Notes: generated by a model not told the origin, from the sequence alone. Shown: positions 10,292-20,554, numbered from the stretch's first letter. The stretch is 64,000 nt of DNA from Clostridia bacterium (GCA_017623455.1 JAGAPA010000012.1:982-64981); one strand, 5' to 3'. Numbers and translations are program-made.

Positions 10292-11152
10292 TTATGCCAT
10301 ATAGTTTTTAATACTACTAAGTCCTTTCCTTATTCCTTCTATGCAATCTTCCGGACCTTCGTATTCTACCGAAAGATATCCGTCGTATCCTATACTTTTC
10401 AGTATTGCATAGCATTGCTCTGTATTTACGTCTCCATAACCGATAGACATTCCCACAAGGTAATTACAAGCTCTGCTTTCGAACGAATGATCGGGCTTTC
10501 CGTTCTTTCTTGGCGTTATATAAAAATCCTTGAAATGCACGTGCACGGCATAAGGTGCAATACGCGACACAGCCATAACGTTATTTTCATCCACACACGC
10601 AAAATTACCCACGTCCAAAAGTATACCGAAATTCTCGTGATTTACAGCGTTGAATAATTTTTCTACTCTATCGCTGTCTTGACAAATTTTACCGTGATTT
10701 TCGATACAAGTAGTAATGCCGAGAGATTTTCCGTAGTCACTTATTCTGCGAATGTTTTTAGCAATAGTGGGTAAAGACAAATCAAAACTGCGATATCTCT
10801 CCAACGCAAAAACCGCGTCGTGACGGAAAACTTTTGCTCCCAATATTTTTGCAACGTCAAGCTTTCCTTTTACTCTCTCATACTCTTTATCGTCTTCCTC
10901 GTCCGTTGCCTTACACATGCAGGCTCCTACGGTGTAAGCATTTATATCAAAACCGATTTCGTCAGCATGCTTTCTCAATTTTTCAGCAAGCTCTATCTCC
11001 TCTTCGTGGCTTTGTACGGGAAGATCTATAAACTCTATAGCATCAAAGCCCATCTCCTTTGCTTTATCCATTGCTCCGAACAAATCGAGTTTTCCCGATT
11101 TTAAATACTGATTAAACGAATACGAACTTACGGATATTTTCATGATTATCAA
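10292..11152 (-). CDS. Sugar phosphate isomerase/epimerase (xylose-isomerase-like TIM barrel)
   Basis: The general pattern AKEMGFDAIEF...ENH...HFKD...EYEG is typical of the AP-endonuclease-2 / TIM barrel family. Confidence 0.65.
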   Translation of the reverse strand: MIIMKISVSSYSFNQYLKSGKLDLFGAMDKAKEMGFDAIEFIDLPVQSHEEEIELAEKLRKHADEIGFDINAYTVGACMCKATDEEDDKEYERVKGKLDVAKILGAKVFRHDAVFALERYRSFDLSLPTIAKNIRRISDYGKSLGITTCIENHGKICQDSDRVEKLFNAVNHENFGILLDVGNFACVDENNVMAVSRIAPYAVHVHFKDFYITPRKNGKPDHSFESRACNYLVGMSIGYGDVNTEQCYAILKSIGYDGYLSVEYEGPEDCIEGIRKGLSSIKNYMA

Positions 11153-11354
11153 TTCCTTTGAAATTATTATTTGTGTTTATGCAACATTTTTATTATACTA
11201 CAATTTTTATATAAAATCAATGGTATATGCAAATTGCTTCTTATCAATTTTTTGGCTGTTTGTTAACATTTTTTACAGAAAACATTAAATATTGTTATGT
11301 AATCATAAAAAAAGCCTAACCGCACTATACACGCGATAAGGCTTGTTTCTTTTT

Positions 11355-12068
11355 TTATAACTTCATTAAATATTCAATCTCTTCGGGTCTGAGATCTCTG
11401 GACTCGCCTCTTGATAATCCTCCCAACTTCAAGTTTCCAATTGCAACTCGTTTTAAGAACACTACCTCTTTATTGATAGTTTCGAACATTCTTCTTATCT
11501 GTCTATTACGTCCTTCCGTTATCGTAATCTCAAAACGCGAGAGTTTTCCATCAAACTCAAGCAAGGTTATCTTGGCTTTTTTAGTACGCGTACCGTCAAG
11601 CTCGACTCCTTTACGAAGCTTTGCAAGATCAGCCTCCGGAACCTGACCTTCCACTTTACAAATATAGGTTTTGCCCACGTCACCCGAAGGATGCATAAGC
11701 CGATTTGCCAAATCACCGTCGGTAGTAAGCAATAATAATCCCTCGGAATCATAGTCAAGACGACCTATTGGGAAAATTCTCTTTCCTTTATAGTTTGCAG
11801 GGAGGTAATCCATAACCGTTTTTCTTTCTCTTTCGTCGGACACGGTGCATACGACCCCTTTAAGCTTGTTCATCATGAGATAAATATGTTTATGAGGCAA
11901 ACGAACGGCTTTACCGTCAAGCATTACCGTATCGTTATCCACGTTGATCTCCGTAGCCAACGCGGTAACAACCTTCCCGTTAACCTTTACTCTGCCCTCT
12001 AAAACATATTGCTCGGAATTTCTTCTGCTTGCAACTCCGCACGATGCCAAAAACTTATTAATACGCAT
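11355..12068 (-). CDS. rluB: Pseudouridine synthase (RsuA/RluB family) with S4 domain
   Basis: S4 N-terminus MRINKFLASCGVASRR and the catalytic motif GRLDYDSEGLLLLT. Confidence 0.8.
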   Translation of the reverse strand: MRINKFLASCGVASRRNSEQYVLEGRVKVNGKVVTALATEINVDNDTVMLDGKAVRLPHKHIYLMMNKLKGVVCTVSDERERKTVMDYLPANYKGKRIFPIGRLDYDSEGLLLLTTDGDLANRLMHPSGDVGKTYICKVEGQVPEADLAKLRKGVELDGTRTKKAKITLLEFDGKLSRFEITITEGRNRQIRRMFETINKEVVFLKRVAIGNLKLGGLSRGESRDLRPEEIEYLMKL

Positions 12069-12089
12069 AACTTAATTTACCTTACGTCG

Positions 12090-13205
12090 TTAGTTTTGCA
12101 AAAATTCTTTCAGTTTATCCCATAGATTTTTGCTTTCGACATTATATATAGTAAATAAATTATCGAAAAAAATCAACTGTTTATCAACAAAAACTTCAAT
12201 TTTTCCGTTTTTTATTCCTTTTTTTACGGGCGCAGTCATATTTTCTATGCCACTCACCTTAATTTCAAGACCGTTTTTCTCGCTATTCTTTAGCGGATAT
12301 GCAAATTCTTTGGATGGGGCAAGATGCACTGTTTCGGATTTTCCGCCCTCAACGCCTGCCTGCGCAACCGATTGTTTATCTATGATCTTAACAAGACTAT
12401 ATTCGTCAAACGCACGGTTTATAAGCTCTGCGCTACGATTAAACATATCCGGACAATCAAGCACTACGCAAATAACGGTCATATCATCCCTTGACGCCGA
12501 AGACACAAGGCATCTGCCTGCCTTTTTCGTATAGCCCGTTTTAATACCGTTCGCCCCTTCAAGCATTGTAAGCATCTTGTTTTTATTTGTCAGCACCCTG
12601 CAATAACCGTCGCTGTTTTGTATTCGCGTTTGTTTTGTAGATACGATTTGCAAAAACTCATCGTTTTTCATTGCATAGGCGGAAATGCGCGCAAGATCGA
12701 GCGCCGTGGTATAATGCCCCTCATCGTGCAAACCGTGAGGGTTTGTAAAATTAGTATTCTGCGCTCCTGCTCTTTGTGCCGTTTCATTCATCATACGTGC
12801 AAACCCGTCAATACTTTTACCTACCGTTACCGCCAACGCCGTTGCGCAGTCGTTTCCCGATCTCAGCATAAGCCCATACAAAAGGTCTCTTATCTTTAAT
12901 TTCTCGCCTTTCTTCAAATAAACTGACGAACCTTCCACCCCAACAGCTTCATCGGGCACGGCAACTTCTTTATCTAAATCCTCACAATTCTCTATTACGG
13001 TAATACACGTTGCAATCTTGGTAGTACTTGCCATGGGAAGTCTGACGTTTTCGTGGCTTGAATACAGCAATCTACCGCTGTCGCGCTCAATTACCGCCAT
13101 TCCCTTTTCGGTATAAGCCTGCACTTCACTCGTTTTTTGCATAAAAGGGAATAGCGATACAATCAATAAAAAACAAACTACTATGCTAATTATTTTTCTT
13201 TTCAT
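12090..13205 (-). CDS. dacB: D-alanyl-D-alanine carboxypeptidase (peptidase S11)
   Basis: Signal peptide, SxxK motif ASTTKI, SGN and KTG motifs. Gene order matches the Bacillus scpAB...dacB...rluB arrangement. Confidence 0.75.
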   Translation of the reverse strand: MKRKIISIVVCFLLIVSLFPFMQKTSEVQAYTEKGMAVIERDSGRLLYSSHENVRLPMASTTKIATCITVIENCEDLDKEVAVPDEAVGVEGSSVYLKKGEKLKIRDLLYGLMLRSGNDCATALAVTVGKSIDGFARMMNETAQRAGAQNTNFTNPHGLHDEGHYTTALDLARISAYAMKNDEFLQIVSTKQTRIQNSDGYCRVLTNKNKMLTMLEGANGIKTGYTKKAGRCLVSSASRDDMTVICVVLDCPDMFNRSAELINRAFDEYSLVKIIDKQSVAQAGVEGGKSETVHLAPSKEFAYPLKNSEKNGLEIKVSGIENMTAPVKKGIKNGKIEVFVDKQLIFFDNLFTIYNVESKNLWDKLKEFLQN

Positions 13206-13578
13206 TGTTTTTACTCAACACAGCTTTTACAAGCTCGGGAACAGCTTTAGCTACGTACTCCATAATACTTTTATCGTCCATACAAACAAGCTTTACGTGA
13301 GAGCCGTCGCAAACCAAGAAACCAACGGGATTTACACTCATTCCCGTTCCGCTTCCTCCTGCAAAGGGGATGTCGGGAAAATCAAAGCTTCCCGTACCGT
13401 ATTCTCCACCACCCGTTAAAAAACCCATAGTTATTCTGCATACAGGAATTATCGAAACTCCGTCGTTGGTGACAACCGGGCTACCAAGCACCGTATCTGC
13501 CGAAAGAATTTTCTTTATTCCATTGTATGAATTATCCATCATCCGCTCAAGCGGTCTGTCCTTTTGTTCCGTTAACAT
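13186..13578 (-). CDS. ytfJ: Sporulation protein YtfJ (GerW family)
   Basis: ...VSIIPVCRITMGFLTGGGEYG... is typical of YtfJ. It overlaps both neighbouring genes, consistent with an operon. Confidence 0.7.
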   Translation of the reverse strand: MLTEQKDRPLERMMDNSYNGIKKILSADTVLGSPVVTNDGVSIIPVCRITMGFLTGGGEYGTGSFDFPDIPFAGGSGTGMSVNPVGFLVCDGSHVKLVCMDDKSIMEYVAKAVPELVKAVLSKNNEKKNN

Positions 13579-14164
13579 TTATATATTTCTCCTTTTTTAT
13601 TTTGTCGAATTTTGCGTTATACTTTATTTTTCCGACAGCAAACGCTATTAACTCTTTTACGATGAGCGCAATCGAAACGTTTACACTGACGCTTACATAT
13701 ATCCACGCAGTATTCTCATTGGATACTTCGCCTTTATAAGAAGCTATCACTTGCTGTGTATCCGCAACGTACCTGATAGCGCTAAACAGTAATCTTTCAG
13801 CAAGCGCATACAGCAAAGCTGAAGCCATAGCATCGTCCTTCTTTCCAACGGACGTAACAACGTCTATGCTTTTAACGTCAACCGTAGGTCTGTACTCGCT
13901 GTTTATAAAGCTTGCCACGGAGTTTTCGTCCTCACTGTCGTTCGTAAGATTAAAAAATATGGTTTTCCCTAATATTTTTATAAAAAGTCTGAACTTTCCA
14001 CTCTTTTGTGAAAAGCGCAGAAACAGCCTAACAATGGGAAGAAAAGACAAGCACACAACGGAATACAACTTTAGTTGCAATACGTCAAGACGGAACTTTA
14101 CCGTCACTGCGAAATTAGAATAAATTATTATACCGAAAATTAAAAAAGCACAACAGATCTTCAC
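13547..14164 (-). CDS. DUF2953/YtfI-like membrane protein
   Basis: N-terminal TM helix and position immediately upstream of ytfJ, as in Bacillus ytfI-ytfJ. No strong motif was recognised. Confidence 0.45.
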   Translation of the reverse strand: MKICCAFLIFGIIIYSNFAVTVKFRLDVLQLKLYSVVCLSFLPIVRLFLRFSQKSGKFRLFIKILGKTIFFNLTNDSEDENSVASFINSEYRPTVDVKSIDVVTSVGKKDDAMASALLYALAERLLFSAIRYVADTQQVIASYKGEVSNENTAWIYVSVSVNVSIALIVKELIAFAVGKIKYNAKFDKIKKEKYINVNGTKGQTA

Positions 14165-14202
14165 GTATCTATTGTGCGTATTGTTTGATTGAATTATGTA
14201 TT

Positions 14203-14904
14203 TTATTCTACTTTTACAACGTCTTCGCCCTGTAAAAAGTCGGGAGTTTCTTCTTCGGGAAGGTTTACTTCCTGCCGGTCGGGCAATTCCGTTTGTGCGG
14301 ATTCTTCTTCGGGGATATCGAAATGATTGTATAAAGAACCTGCATCTTCCTCCTGCTTTACACCGCCCGTTTCAAGCACTCTTAAAGATTCGAGCAAGGT
14401 GTTGTAATCGGGAAGCTGGTCTACGGACTCTATCTGAAAACGCTTCAAGAATTCTTCGGTCGTTCCAAACAGTAAGGGTTTTCCCACGCTGTCTTTTCTG
14501 CCCACAACCTCGATAAGATTATGCTTGAGTAACAGCTGAATAGTATACTCACTGTTGTTTCCTCTAATCTGTTCGACTTCCAATCTGGTTACCGGCTGGC
14601 GGTAGGCAATAATAGCAATGGTTTCGAGAGCAGCCGACGATAAGTCTTTTTCCTTGATGGGGTTAAGAACCAAGCTGATAAGGTCTACGTAAGCGGGATT
14701 GGAAGAAAACTGAACCTTTCCGTTGTAGGTAATAAGGTGAATTCCGCATTTACCGCTGTATTTCTCTTTTAGTTTCTTTATTGATTTTTCTATATTTTTC
14801 TTATCTACGTTCATTTGCTCGGCGATATCGGATATTCTTAGTCCGTCACCCGAAATAAACAACAAACTTTCCAATACTTCGTCCAAAACTTCGGTACTAA
14901 TCAT
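14203..14904 (-). CDS. scpB: Segregation and condensation protein B
   Basis: ...LESLLFISGDGL...AYRQPVTRLEVEQIRG... is the ScpB winged-helix signature. Confidence 0.9.
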   Translation of the reverse strand: MISTEVLDEVLESLLFISGDGLRISDIAEQMNVDKKNIEKSIKKLKEKYSGKCGIHLITYNGKVQFSSNPAYVDLISLVLNPIKEKDLSSAALETIAIIAYRQPVTRLEVEQIRGNNSEYTIQLLLKHNLIEVVGRKDSVGKPLLFGTTEEFLKRFQIESVDQLPDYNTLLESLRVLETGGVKQEEDAGSLYNHFDIPEEESAQTELPDRQEVNLPEEETPDFLQGEDVVKVE

Positions 14905-14911
14905 TTTAGTT

Positions 14912-15775
14912 TTACTCCTTTTGATCCACTACGCTGACGTCTTCGGTTTTTTCTCTGTTTTCCTCGTCCTTATCTTCCTCGGAAGTTTTTTCGATAATAA
15001 TATCTGCAAAAGGACCGTCCTGAATAACGTGCAGATACTGTACCTTCAAAAGCTCCAAAACAGCCTGAAAGGTCGTTATAATCTCTATTTTGCTGTAATC
15101 TTCCTCAATAAGATCTTCGAACAGCAGGCGCGGAGAACGGGTAAATATATCCTTAAGCTCCACGATTCTCTCTTCTACCGTAAACCTATCTCTTACGATT
15201 GTTTTTACCTGATTTTCCTTTGCTTTTTGCTCGATCTTGAAAAACATTTTCTGCAATGCTTTAACAAGTCCATCCATATTCATATCCGCAAGCACAAAAC
15301 GCGGTTTACCTACGGAAGAATCGGGAGCGCGGTAGAAGCTGTCGGTATTCTCATAATCCTTCATCTTCTTACTTGCATCCTTAAAGAGCGGATAATACTT
15401 TTCCTTATACTCCAACAGCTTGCGCATAAGTATCTTTTCCGGATCTTCATCATCGGGCAATTCCACGATAGGAGGCGTGGGCAACATTTTTTTTGATTTT
15501 ATCTCTATAAGACATGCCGCAACCTGCAAAAACTCGCTTGCCTTTTCCATATCGAGCCTTTCAACCTGATCCATAGCCTTAAGGTATTGATCGGTAATAT
15601 GGGAAACGAATATCTCGCTTATGTCTATTTTTGATTTACGGATAAGAAACCACAGCAAATCTATCGGGCCCTCGAAATTCTCGAGCCTGATTACGTATGA
15701 ATCTTCGTCGTACACGTCGGTGTTTGCCAAAGAATCTATATATTTTTGTATATCTGCTTTTCTCTTCTCGTCCAT
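14912..15775 (-). CDS. scpA: Segregation and condensation protein A
   Basis: LENFEGPIDLLWFLIRKSKIDISEI is the typical ScpA N-terminus. Confidence 0.9.
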   Translation of the reverse strand: MDEKRKADIQKYIDSLANTDVYDEDSYVIRLENFEGPIDLLWFLIRKSKIDISEIFVSHITDQYLKAMDQVERLDMEKASEFLQVAACLIEIKSKKMLPTPPIVELPDDEDPEKILMRKLLEYKEKYYPLFKDASKKMKDYENTDSFYRAPDSSVGKPRFVLADMNMDGLVKALQKMFFKIEQKAKENQVKTIVRDRFTVEERIVELKDIFTRSPRLLFEDLIEEDYSKIEIITTFQAVLELLKVQYLHVIQDGPFADIIIEKTSEEDKDEENREKTEDVSVVDQKE

Positions 15776-15784
15776 AAAAATCCC

Positions 15785-16471
15785 TTATACAAACAATGGT
15801 AACCAAATTCTGTAGAACAACTCGATTATCTTTCCGCCCAAAAACTCCATATACCAATACCCCGGATTGAAATAGTCGGGTAAACCGAAAAGCTCCGCCA
15901 CGTAAAAAGTTATTGCAACACAAATAAAAATGTACATTGCAAAATCTCTGAGCCATCTTACGAACGGATGGGTACAACCGAAAATACTTTCTATAACGTT
16001 ATATCCGTCAAGCGGATACATGGGAAGAAGATTAAACAAAAATAAGCTTACTCCCACAGTACAAACCGAAGTAAAAAACGTTTCCATCAACTCATAACCG
16101 CGCAATCCCTCAATACTGTCGGACATTACGGGGTAAAGAAATTTTGCAAGCAATAAAATAACGGGCACCATCAAAAACGAGATAAGCAAATTCAATACTA
16201 CACCCGATAACGCAACGGTAATAATTCCAACCTTTCTGTTCTTGAAATAGTACGGGGTAATGGGAACTGCTTTTGCATACCCGATTCTAAAAACCGCAAA
16301 AAGCAAAAAGCCGAACAGATCGAAATGACGCACGGGATTTAACGTAAGTCTTCCTGCTTTTCTTGCTGTCGGATCACCGTTAAGGAGCGCAACGTACGCA
16401 TGGGCAAACTCATGCAAAATAATACACAGCATAGCTGCAAGTAAAAATATGAGATACTTCAAAATTTCCAT
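15785..16471 (-). CDS. Site-2 protease (peptidase M50) family membrane protein
   Basis: HEFAHA zinc motif inside a TM helix. The protein has multiple TM segments. Confidence 0.75.
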   Translation of the reverse strand: MEILKYLIFLLAAMLCIILHEFAHAYVALLNGDPTARKAGRLTLNPVRHFDLFGFLLFAVFRIGYAKAVPITPYYFKNRKVGIITVALSGVVLNLLISFLMVPVILLLAKFLYPVMSDSIEGLRGYELMETFFTSVCTVGVSLFLFNLLPMYPLDGYNVIESIFGCTHPFVRWLRDFAMYIFICVAITFYVAELFGLPDYFNPGYWYMEFLGGKIIELFYRIWLPLFV

Positions 16472-16626
16472 ACTACGTAAACCTCCTTTTATATATTTTC
16501 ATACAGTTTAGTATTATAACACGAAATCGCTTTTAAGTCAAACGGAAAAATAAGATAATTTTAAGCATTTACAAAATATTTACCCAAGGTTTTATCGTCT
16601 TGTTAAAAACCGCGAATAAACAAAAC

Positions 16627-16662
16627 AAACGGTGCGTTTTATATTGTCAAAACACACCGTTT
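16627..16662 (-). terminator. Putative intrinsic terminator after the DD-carboxypeptidase gene
   Basis: Hairpin AAACGGTG...CACCGTTT with an A-rich 5' flank on the plus strand. Confidence 0.4.
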
Positions 16663-16685
16663 ATATCAGACATAGTACTTCACTT

Positions 16686-17840
16686 TTACCAGTTTTTTGC
16701 AAAATCTACAATAAAATCGCCATAATTTTTACTTTCCACGTCGTTTTTTGCAACAATTTTAACCTTATACTCTTTGCCGTCATCGAGGGTAAAAACAGAC
16801 TCTCCAAGCTCATCACCGGCTCTTATCGGAGCGCAAATATCATAAATTACAGTCTTTTCCGTTATGTTCTGAGCGGAATTTTTCTTTCCAAAAGATTTAA
16901 GTGAATTTTTGTAAACACACTCCACTGTGTCGGATTTTGCATTTTTCACACTTACCTTTTCCTTTACTGCTTCTCCCTCTTTTACTATGCACTTATTCTC
17001 GTAAGAGGCAAAACCTTTATTCAACAGCGCGGTTACACTTGCATTTCTCGTCTTGGAATCAGGTGCGCCAATAATAACACAAACAAGCGAAGTTTCTCCC
17101 CTTGTAGCCCTACACGACAAGCACGACAGCGCCTCTTTCGTAAACCCCGTTTTTCCTCCGTCCATTCCATTGTAAAACCTAACAAGCTTGTTAGTATTGG
17201 TAAGCGATGTTGTCCTTCCGCTCGGATGTTCAATATCATACATCCACACTTTTGCATACTCGAAGAACTTATCGTTTTGCATAAGGTAACGCGTTATCGT
17301 AAGAACGTCTTTAGCGCACGAGTAGCCGTCGGGATCGGGAAGCCCGGTACAGTTTACGTAGTTCGTATTCTCCATACCAAGTTCCTTTGCCTTCTCGTTC
17401 ATTTTTGCCACAAAACTATCCACACTTCCTTCAAGATGCTCGGCAAGAGCAACACAACTATCATTTGCAGACGCAACGATTACGCTTTTTATAAGCTCCT
17501 CTGCCTTATACGTTGAATTCTTGTCCAAAAACGCTTGAGATCCACCCATAGAAAAAGCATACTCACTTACCGTAATATCATCGTTATAGTTAAGCCGTCC
17601 GTCTTTAATTGCATCAAAGACGAGAGATAACGTGGTTATCTTTACCATACTTGCAATCGGATATTTCTCCGTTTCGTTTTTACTCTCAACTATTTCTCCG
17701 CCGTAAAAATCCGCAAGCACGTAGGCTTTTGCGTTTACGTTACAATTTTCTTCCGCATTAACAATTACTCCTACCCGAAAAAAGCTTAACGAAATAAAAG
17801 CAATCGCTAAAATCAATGAAATAAATATTTTCTTTTTCAT
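16686..17840 (-). CDS. D-alanyl-D-alanine carboxypeptidase (peptidase S11, DacA/DacF-like)
   Basis: Signal peptide, SxxK motif ASMVKI, SAN and KTG motifs. Confidence 0.8.
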   Translation of the reverse strand: MKKKIFISLILAIAFISLSFFRVGVIVNAEENCNVNAKAYVLADFYGGEIVESKNETEKYPIASMVKITTLSLVFDAIKDGRLNYNDDITVSEYAFSMGGSQAFLDKNSTYKAEELIKSVIVASANDSCVALAEHLEGSVDSFVAKMNEKAKELGMENTNYVNCTGLPDPDGYSCAKDVLTITRYLMQNDKFFEYAKVWMYDIEHPSGRTTSLTNTNKLVRFYNGMDGGKTGFTKEALSCLSCRATRGETSLVCVIIGAPDSKTRNASVTALLNKGFASYENKCIVKEGEAVKEKVSVKNAKSDTVECVYKNSLKSFGKKNSAQNITEKTVIYDICAPIRAGDELGESVFTLDDGKEYKVKIVAKNDVESKNYGDFIVDFAKNW

Positions 17841-17881
17841 AAAAAAATCCCCTTACCTTAGTTTGGGGAATTTTTTGATTT

Positions 17882-18457
17882 TTATGTAAATAAATTAAGA
17901 ATACCAAAGCTTAGGCATAAAACAATATTAACGATAAGACAAATTAACGCTATTACACCTGCATTTATAAGATACTCTTCCGTTATCCAATCTTTGCATA
18001 ACGTGCGTTTTTCGCTGTTATTCAGCAAATATAAAACCTCAAGCAAAATACAAAACAACAGTTCCGCCACGCACACAATAAGCGACGGCAAAAAAGCTTT
18101 AAGCCCAAAATACACCATTATTACCGCCATACGGTGAAAAACCTCATACGCACGGTAACAAAGAAGAATAACAGCAAGTTTGCAAGTTATTTTGTTAGCC
18201 TTTGACAAAACGAGCAATACAATATATAATATCGCGCTCACAAACACGCTTACAACAATACCGCCTCCGTCCACGTCTGATAGATATACAAAATACACAT
18301 TGCCCGACGTTTCAAATACCGTTTGTACGTTACCACTCAGAGCAACAATGCAACCCAGCACCCCTCCGACGATAATCAATACATTGATAAATATTACCGT
18401 TTTAAGATTTTTAGAAATGAAATTTTTTACGTCAACCTTGATATTATATAAATCCAT
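17882..18457 (-). CDS. Polytopic membrane protein, possibly SpoIIM-like
   Basis: About five TM helices. The N-terminal layout (charged lead, then a long G-rich helix) resembles SpoIIM. This rests on topology only. Confidence 0.35.
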   Translation of the reverse strand: MDLYNIKVDVKNFISKNLKTVIFINVLIIVGGVLGCIVALSGNVQTVFETSGNVYFVYLSDVDGGGIVVSVFVSAILYIVLLVLSKANKITCKLAVILLCYRAYEVFHRMAVIMVYFGLKAFLPSLIVCVAELLFCILLEVLYLLNNSEKRTLCKDWITEEYLINAGVIALICLIVNIVLCLSFGILNLFT

Positions 18458-18800
18458 ACGAATTTATATTCGGTAAAGCTTTTGAATTATGCATCAAAAC
18501 CTGCTTTTTAAGTAAAAAAATAAATTTTTTATTATTAACCTTGCCCGTTTTCCAACAAAGCTTGGCGTATCTTTGTTGCATATCTTGCTCTAAAAATGCT
18601 TTTGCAATGGCATTGGACACACTCTTTTCTATACTATTTGCTTTTATATCAAACCTTTTTGCAACCTCAAAATACACTTCGTTTAACCTTAAATCTTTTG
18701 AGCACAGTATCTTCAATATTTCAAAACAGTACTTATAACCTTTTATGTTTGGTCTTATTTTATTTTCCAATAATACCGATTGTATAATCTTTCCGTTCAT
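18444..18800 (-). CDS. Stand-alone Spo0A C-terminal (DNA-binding) domain protein
   Basis: ...IKGYKYCFEILKI...EVYFEVAKRFDIKANSIEKSVSNAIAKAF resembles the Spo0A effector domain (HIKGYQYL...VERAIRHAI). There is no receiver domain. Confidence 0.55.
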   Translation of the reverse strand: MNGKIIQSVLLENKIRPNIKGYKYCFEILKILCSKDLRLNEVYFEVAKRFDIKANSIEKSVSNAIAKAFLEQDMQQRYAKLCWKTGKVNNKKFIFLLKKQVLMHNSKALPNINSYGFI

Positions 18801-18916
18801 ACTCTAAATATACTACTTATACACGGGCATAATAAATAAAACTTTGTTTTACTTTGGCGTTTCTTAACGATAAAAAGCACCCCAAATCCATAAAATAGAT
18901 TTGAGATGCAATATCA

Positions 18917-20554
18917 TTATTCAATATTTACAATAAACAACTCCGAGCCACGTTCTGTTCCAAATTTATTTGCATAGTTTAACGTTGCGATTACGTATAA
19001 TTTTCCATTACTCTCTACCGCGCAAGGATAATGACAAGCCGTTGCGTTTCCTCTTTCTGTATCCATGTCAAAAAGAACAGCTTTTTCGGTCATTTTAATA
19101 GAATTTTTCTCTGAAAAATATACAACAAGACGACTTCTATCAAACTTATCTACGTTTGCAACCAAATAATTCCTACCGTCTTTTAACGTTCCAGCGTAAA
19201 TTTTAGAATTAACGTAAGGAATATCGTGAGCATACGCCTCACTCCAACTTTCTCCAAAATTCTCTGATTCGTAAACAATAGGCACTTTACGCCTATCATT
19301 GCGGTTAAACATATATAATTTATCCGCACATTCTATAACCGTAGTTTCGGGATGAACAAGTTTTTCTCCATCCGCTAAATCTCCGTTTTGCGCAACCTTT
19401 ACCAATCGCCATTCCACGTCAAGCTTTCCATTATCAGAAATAAGCACTGCAGGGGTTATTGGAAATCCATCAAGTTCTCCCACTCTTCCTGGCAATATAA
19501 GTTTTCCATTAGATAATTTTATTACATTTGTGTTAAGTTTGAAAGGAATAGGGCGCGACCATAGCTTTATGAATTGATCAGTATTTTCATCTAAAACGTA
19601 CAAATCCAACGAATGAATATGATCGGGCGCAACCATTTGATTGAGAAACATATATAATTTACCGTCACCAATTCCGTATACGGGTGGACAAAATAGAATT
19701 TTTCCACTCTTATCTTCGGCTATTATTTCACTATTAATCCAAGTTCTTCCACCATCATACGAACGTTTTTCTATAATTGGGGTATAACCAATAAGTTCTT
19801 TTTTTACACAATTATACCAAGACGCGTATAAAACCCCTTTAAACTCAATTATTGCGCTTTCATGTAAAAACGCGAATTTATCGTCGGGAATTGATACGGA
19901 AACTCTTTCTATTTTAGGCGATACGTCTTGCAAATCACCGCTTAAAAAACTCATAGCGTCCATTTTTGACGTAAGTAGGCAGTCGTTAAGGTCGTAAAAC
20001 GGCAAAAACACTTTATTTTTATTTTTTTCCCTAAACTCGGTGGGCGCACATCCTACTATTTTAGAGAAAATTTCAGTAAAGTATCCTAAATTATTAAATC
20101 CACATTCTTGCGCTATTATAGAAATTTTATCAACTGAAGAAATAAGTAATTTAACAGCCTTCTCCATTCGTTTTTCGTTTCTATACTCGCTTATGGTTTT
20201 ATCGGTTTTCTTCTTGAACACGTGACAAAGATAGTAATAACTAACGTTAAGCCGTTTTGCAATTTCTTCCACGCTTAAATCTTCGCTTAAATTTTCATTG
20301 ATAAAGCGCTTTATATCTTTTACAATATCCACGTCCACGTTTTCGCGCGCGTTTTTTACAATATCAATAATTTCGCCAAGCGTATTTTCATCCCTACTTT
20401 CGCCGTTTTCAAAACACCTAATTAACTCGTCAAGTTTTGCATAGTCAATCCCAACGCTTTTAATACAATTATAGCCAAAAAAATCGAAAACCTCAGATAT
20501 TGGCGAGCCTTCAGCCTTATCTAATAAAATTTTTGCCAGATCAATACTTTTCAT
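18917..20554 (-). CDS. AraC-type HTH domain fused to a C-terminal BNR/sialidase-like beta-propeller
   Basis: The AraC HTH lies at about residues 80-180 (LSVEEIAKRLNVSYYYLCHVFKK...GFNNLGYFTEIFSKIVGCAPTEFR). Asp-box motifs are SYDGGRTW and SENFGESW. HESAIIEFKGVLYASWY is typical of PF13088-like sialidase folds. Confidence 0.7.
   Translation of the reverse strand: MKSIDLAKILLDKAEGSPISEVFDFFGYNCIKSVGIDYAKLDELIRCFENGESRDENTLGEIIDIVKNARENVDVDIVKDIKRFINENLSEDLSVEEIAKRLNVSYYYLCHVFKKKTDKTISEYRNEKRMEKAVKLLISSVDKISIIAQECGFNNLGYFTEIFSKIVGCAPTEFREKNKNKVFLPFYDLNDCLLTSKMDAMSFLSGDLQDVSPKIERVSVSIPDDKFAFLHESAIIEFKGVLYASWYNCVKKELIGYTPIIEKRSYDGGRTWINSEIIAEDKSGKILFCPPVYGIGDGKLYMFLNQMVAPDHIHSLDLYVLDENTDQFIKLWSRPIPFKLNTNVIKLSNGKLILPGRVGELDGFPITPAVLISDNGKLDVEWRLVKVAQNGDLADGEKLVHPETTVIECADKLYMFNRNDRRKVPIVYESENFGESWSEAYAHDIPYVNSKIYAGTLKDGRNYLVANVDKFDRSRLVVYFSEKNSIKMTEKAVLFDMDTERGNATACHYPCAVESNGKLYVIATLNYANKFGTERGSELFIVNIE

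Noticed and set aside
15636-15977. A 113-aa minus-strand ORF spanning the scpA/M50 protease junction.
   Set aside because: It overlaps two well-supported genes on the same strand in another frame, and its translation is Arg/Phe-rich and atypical.
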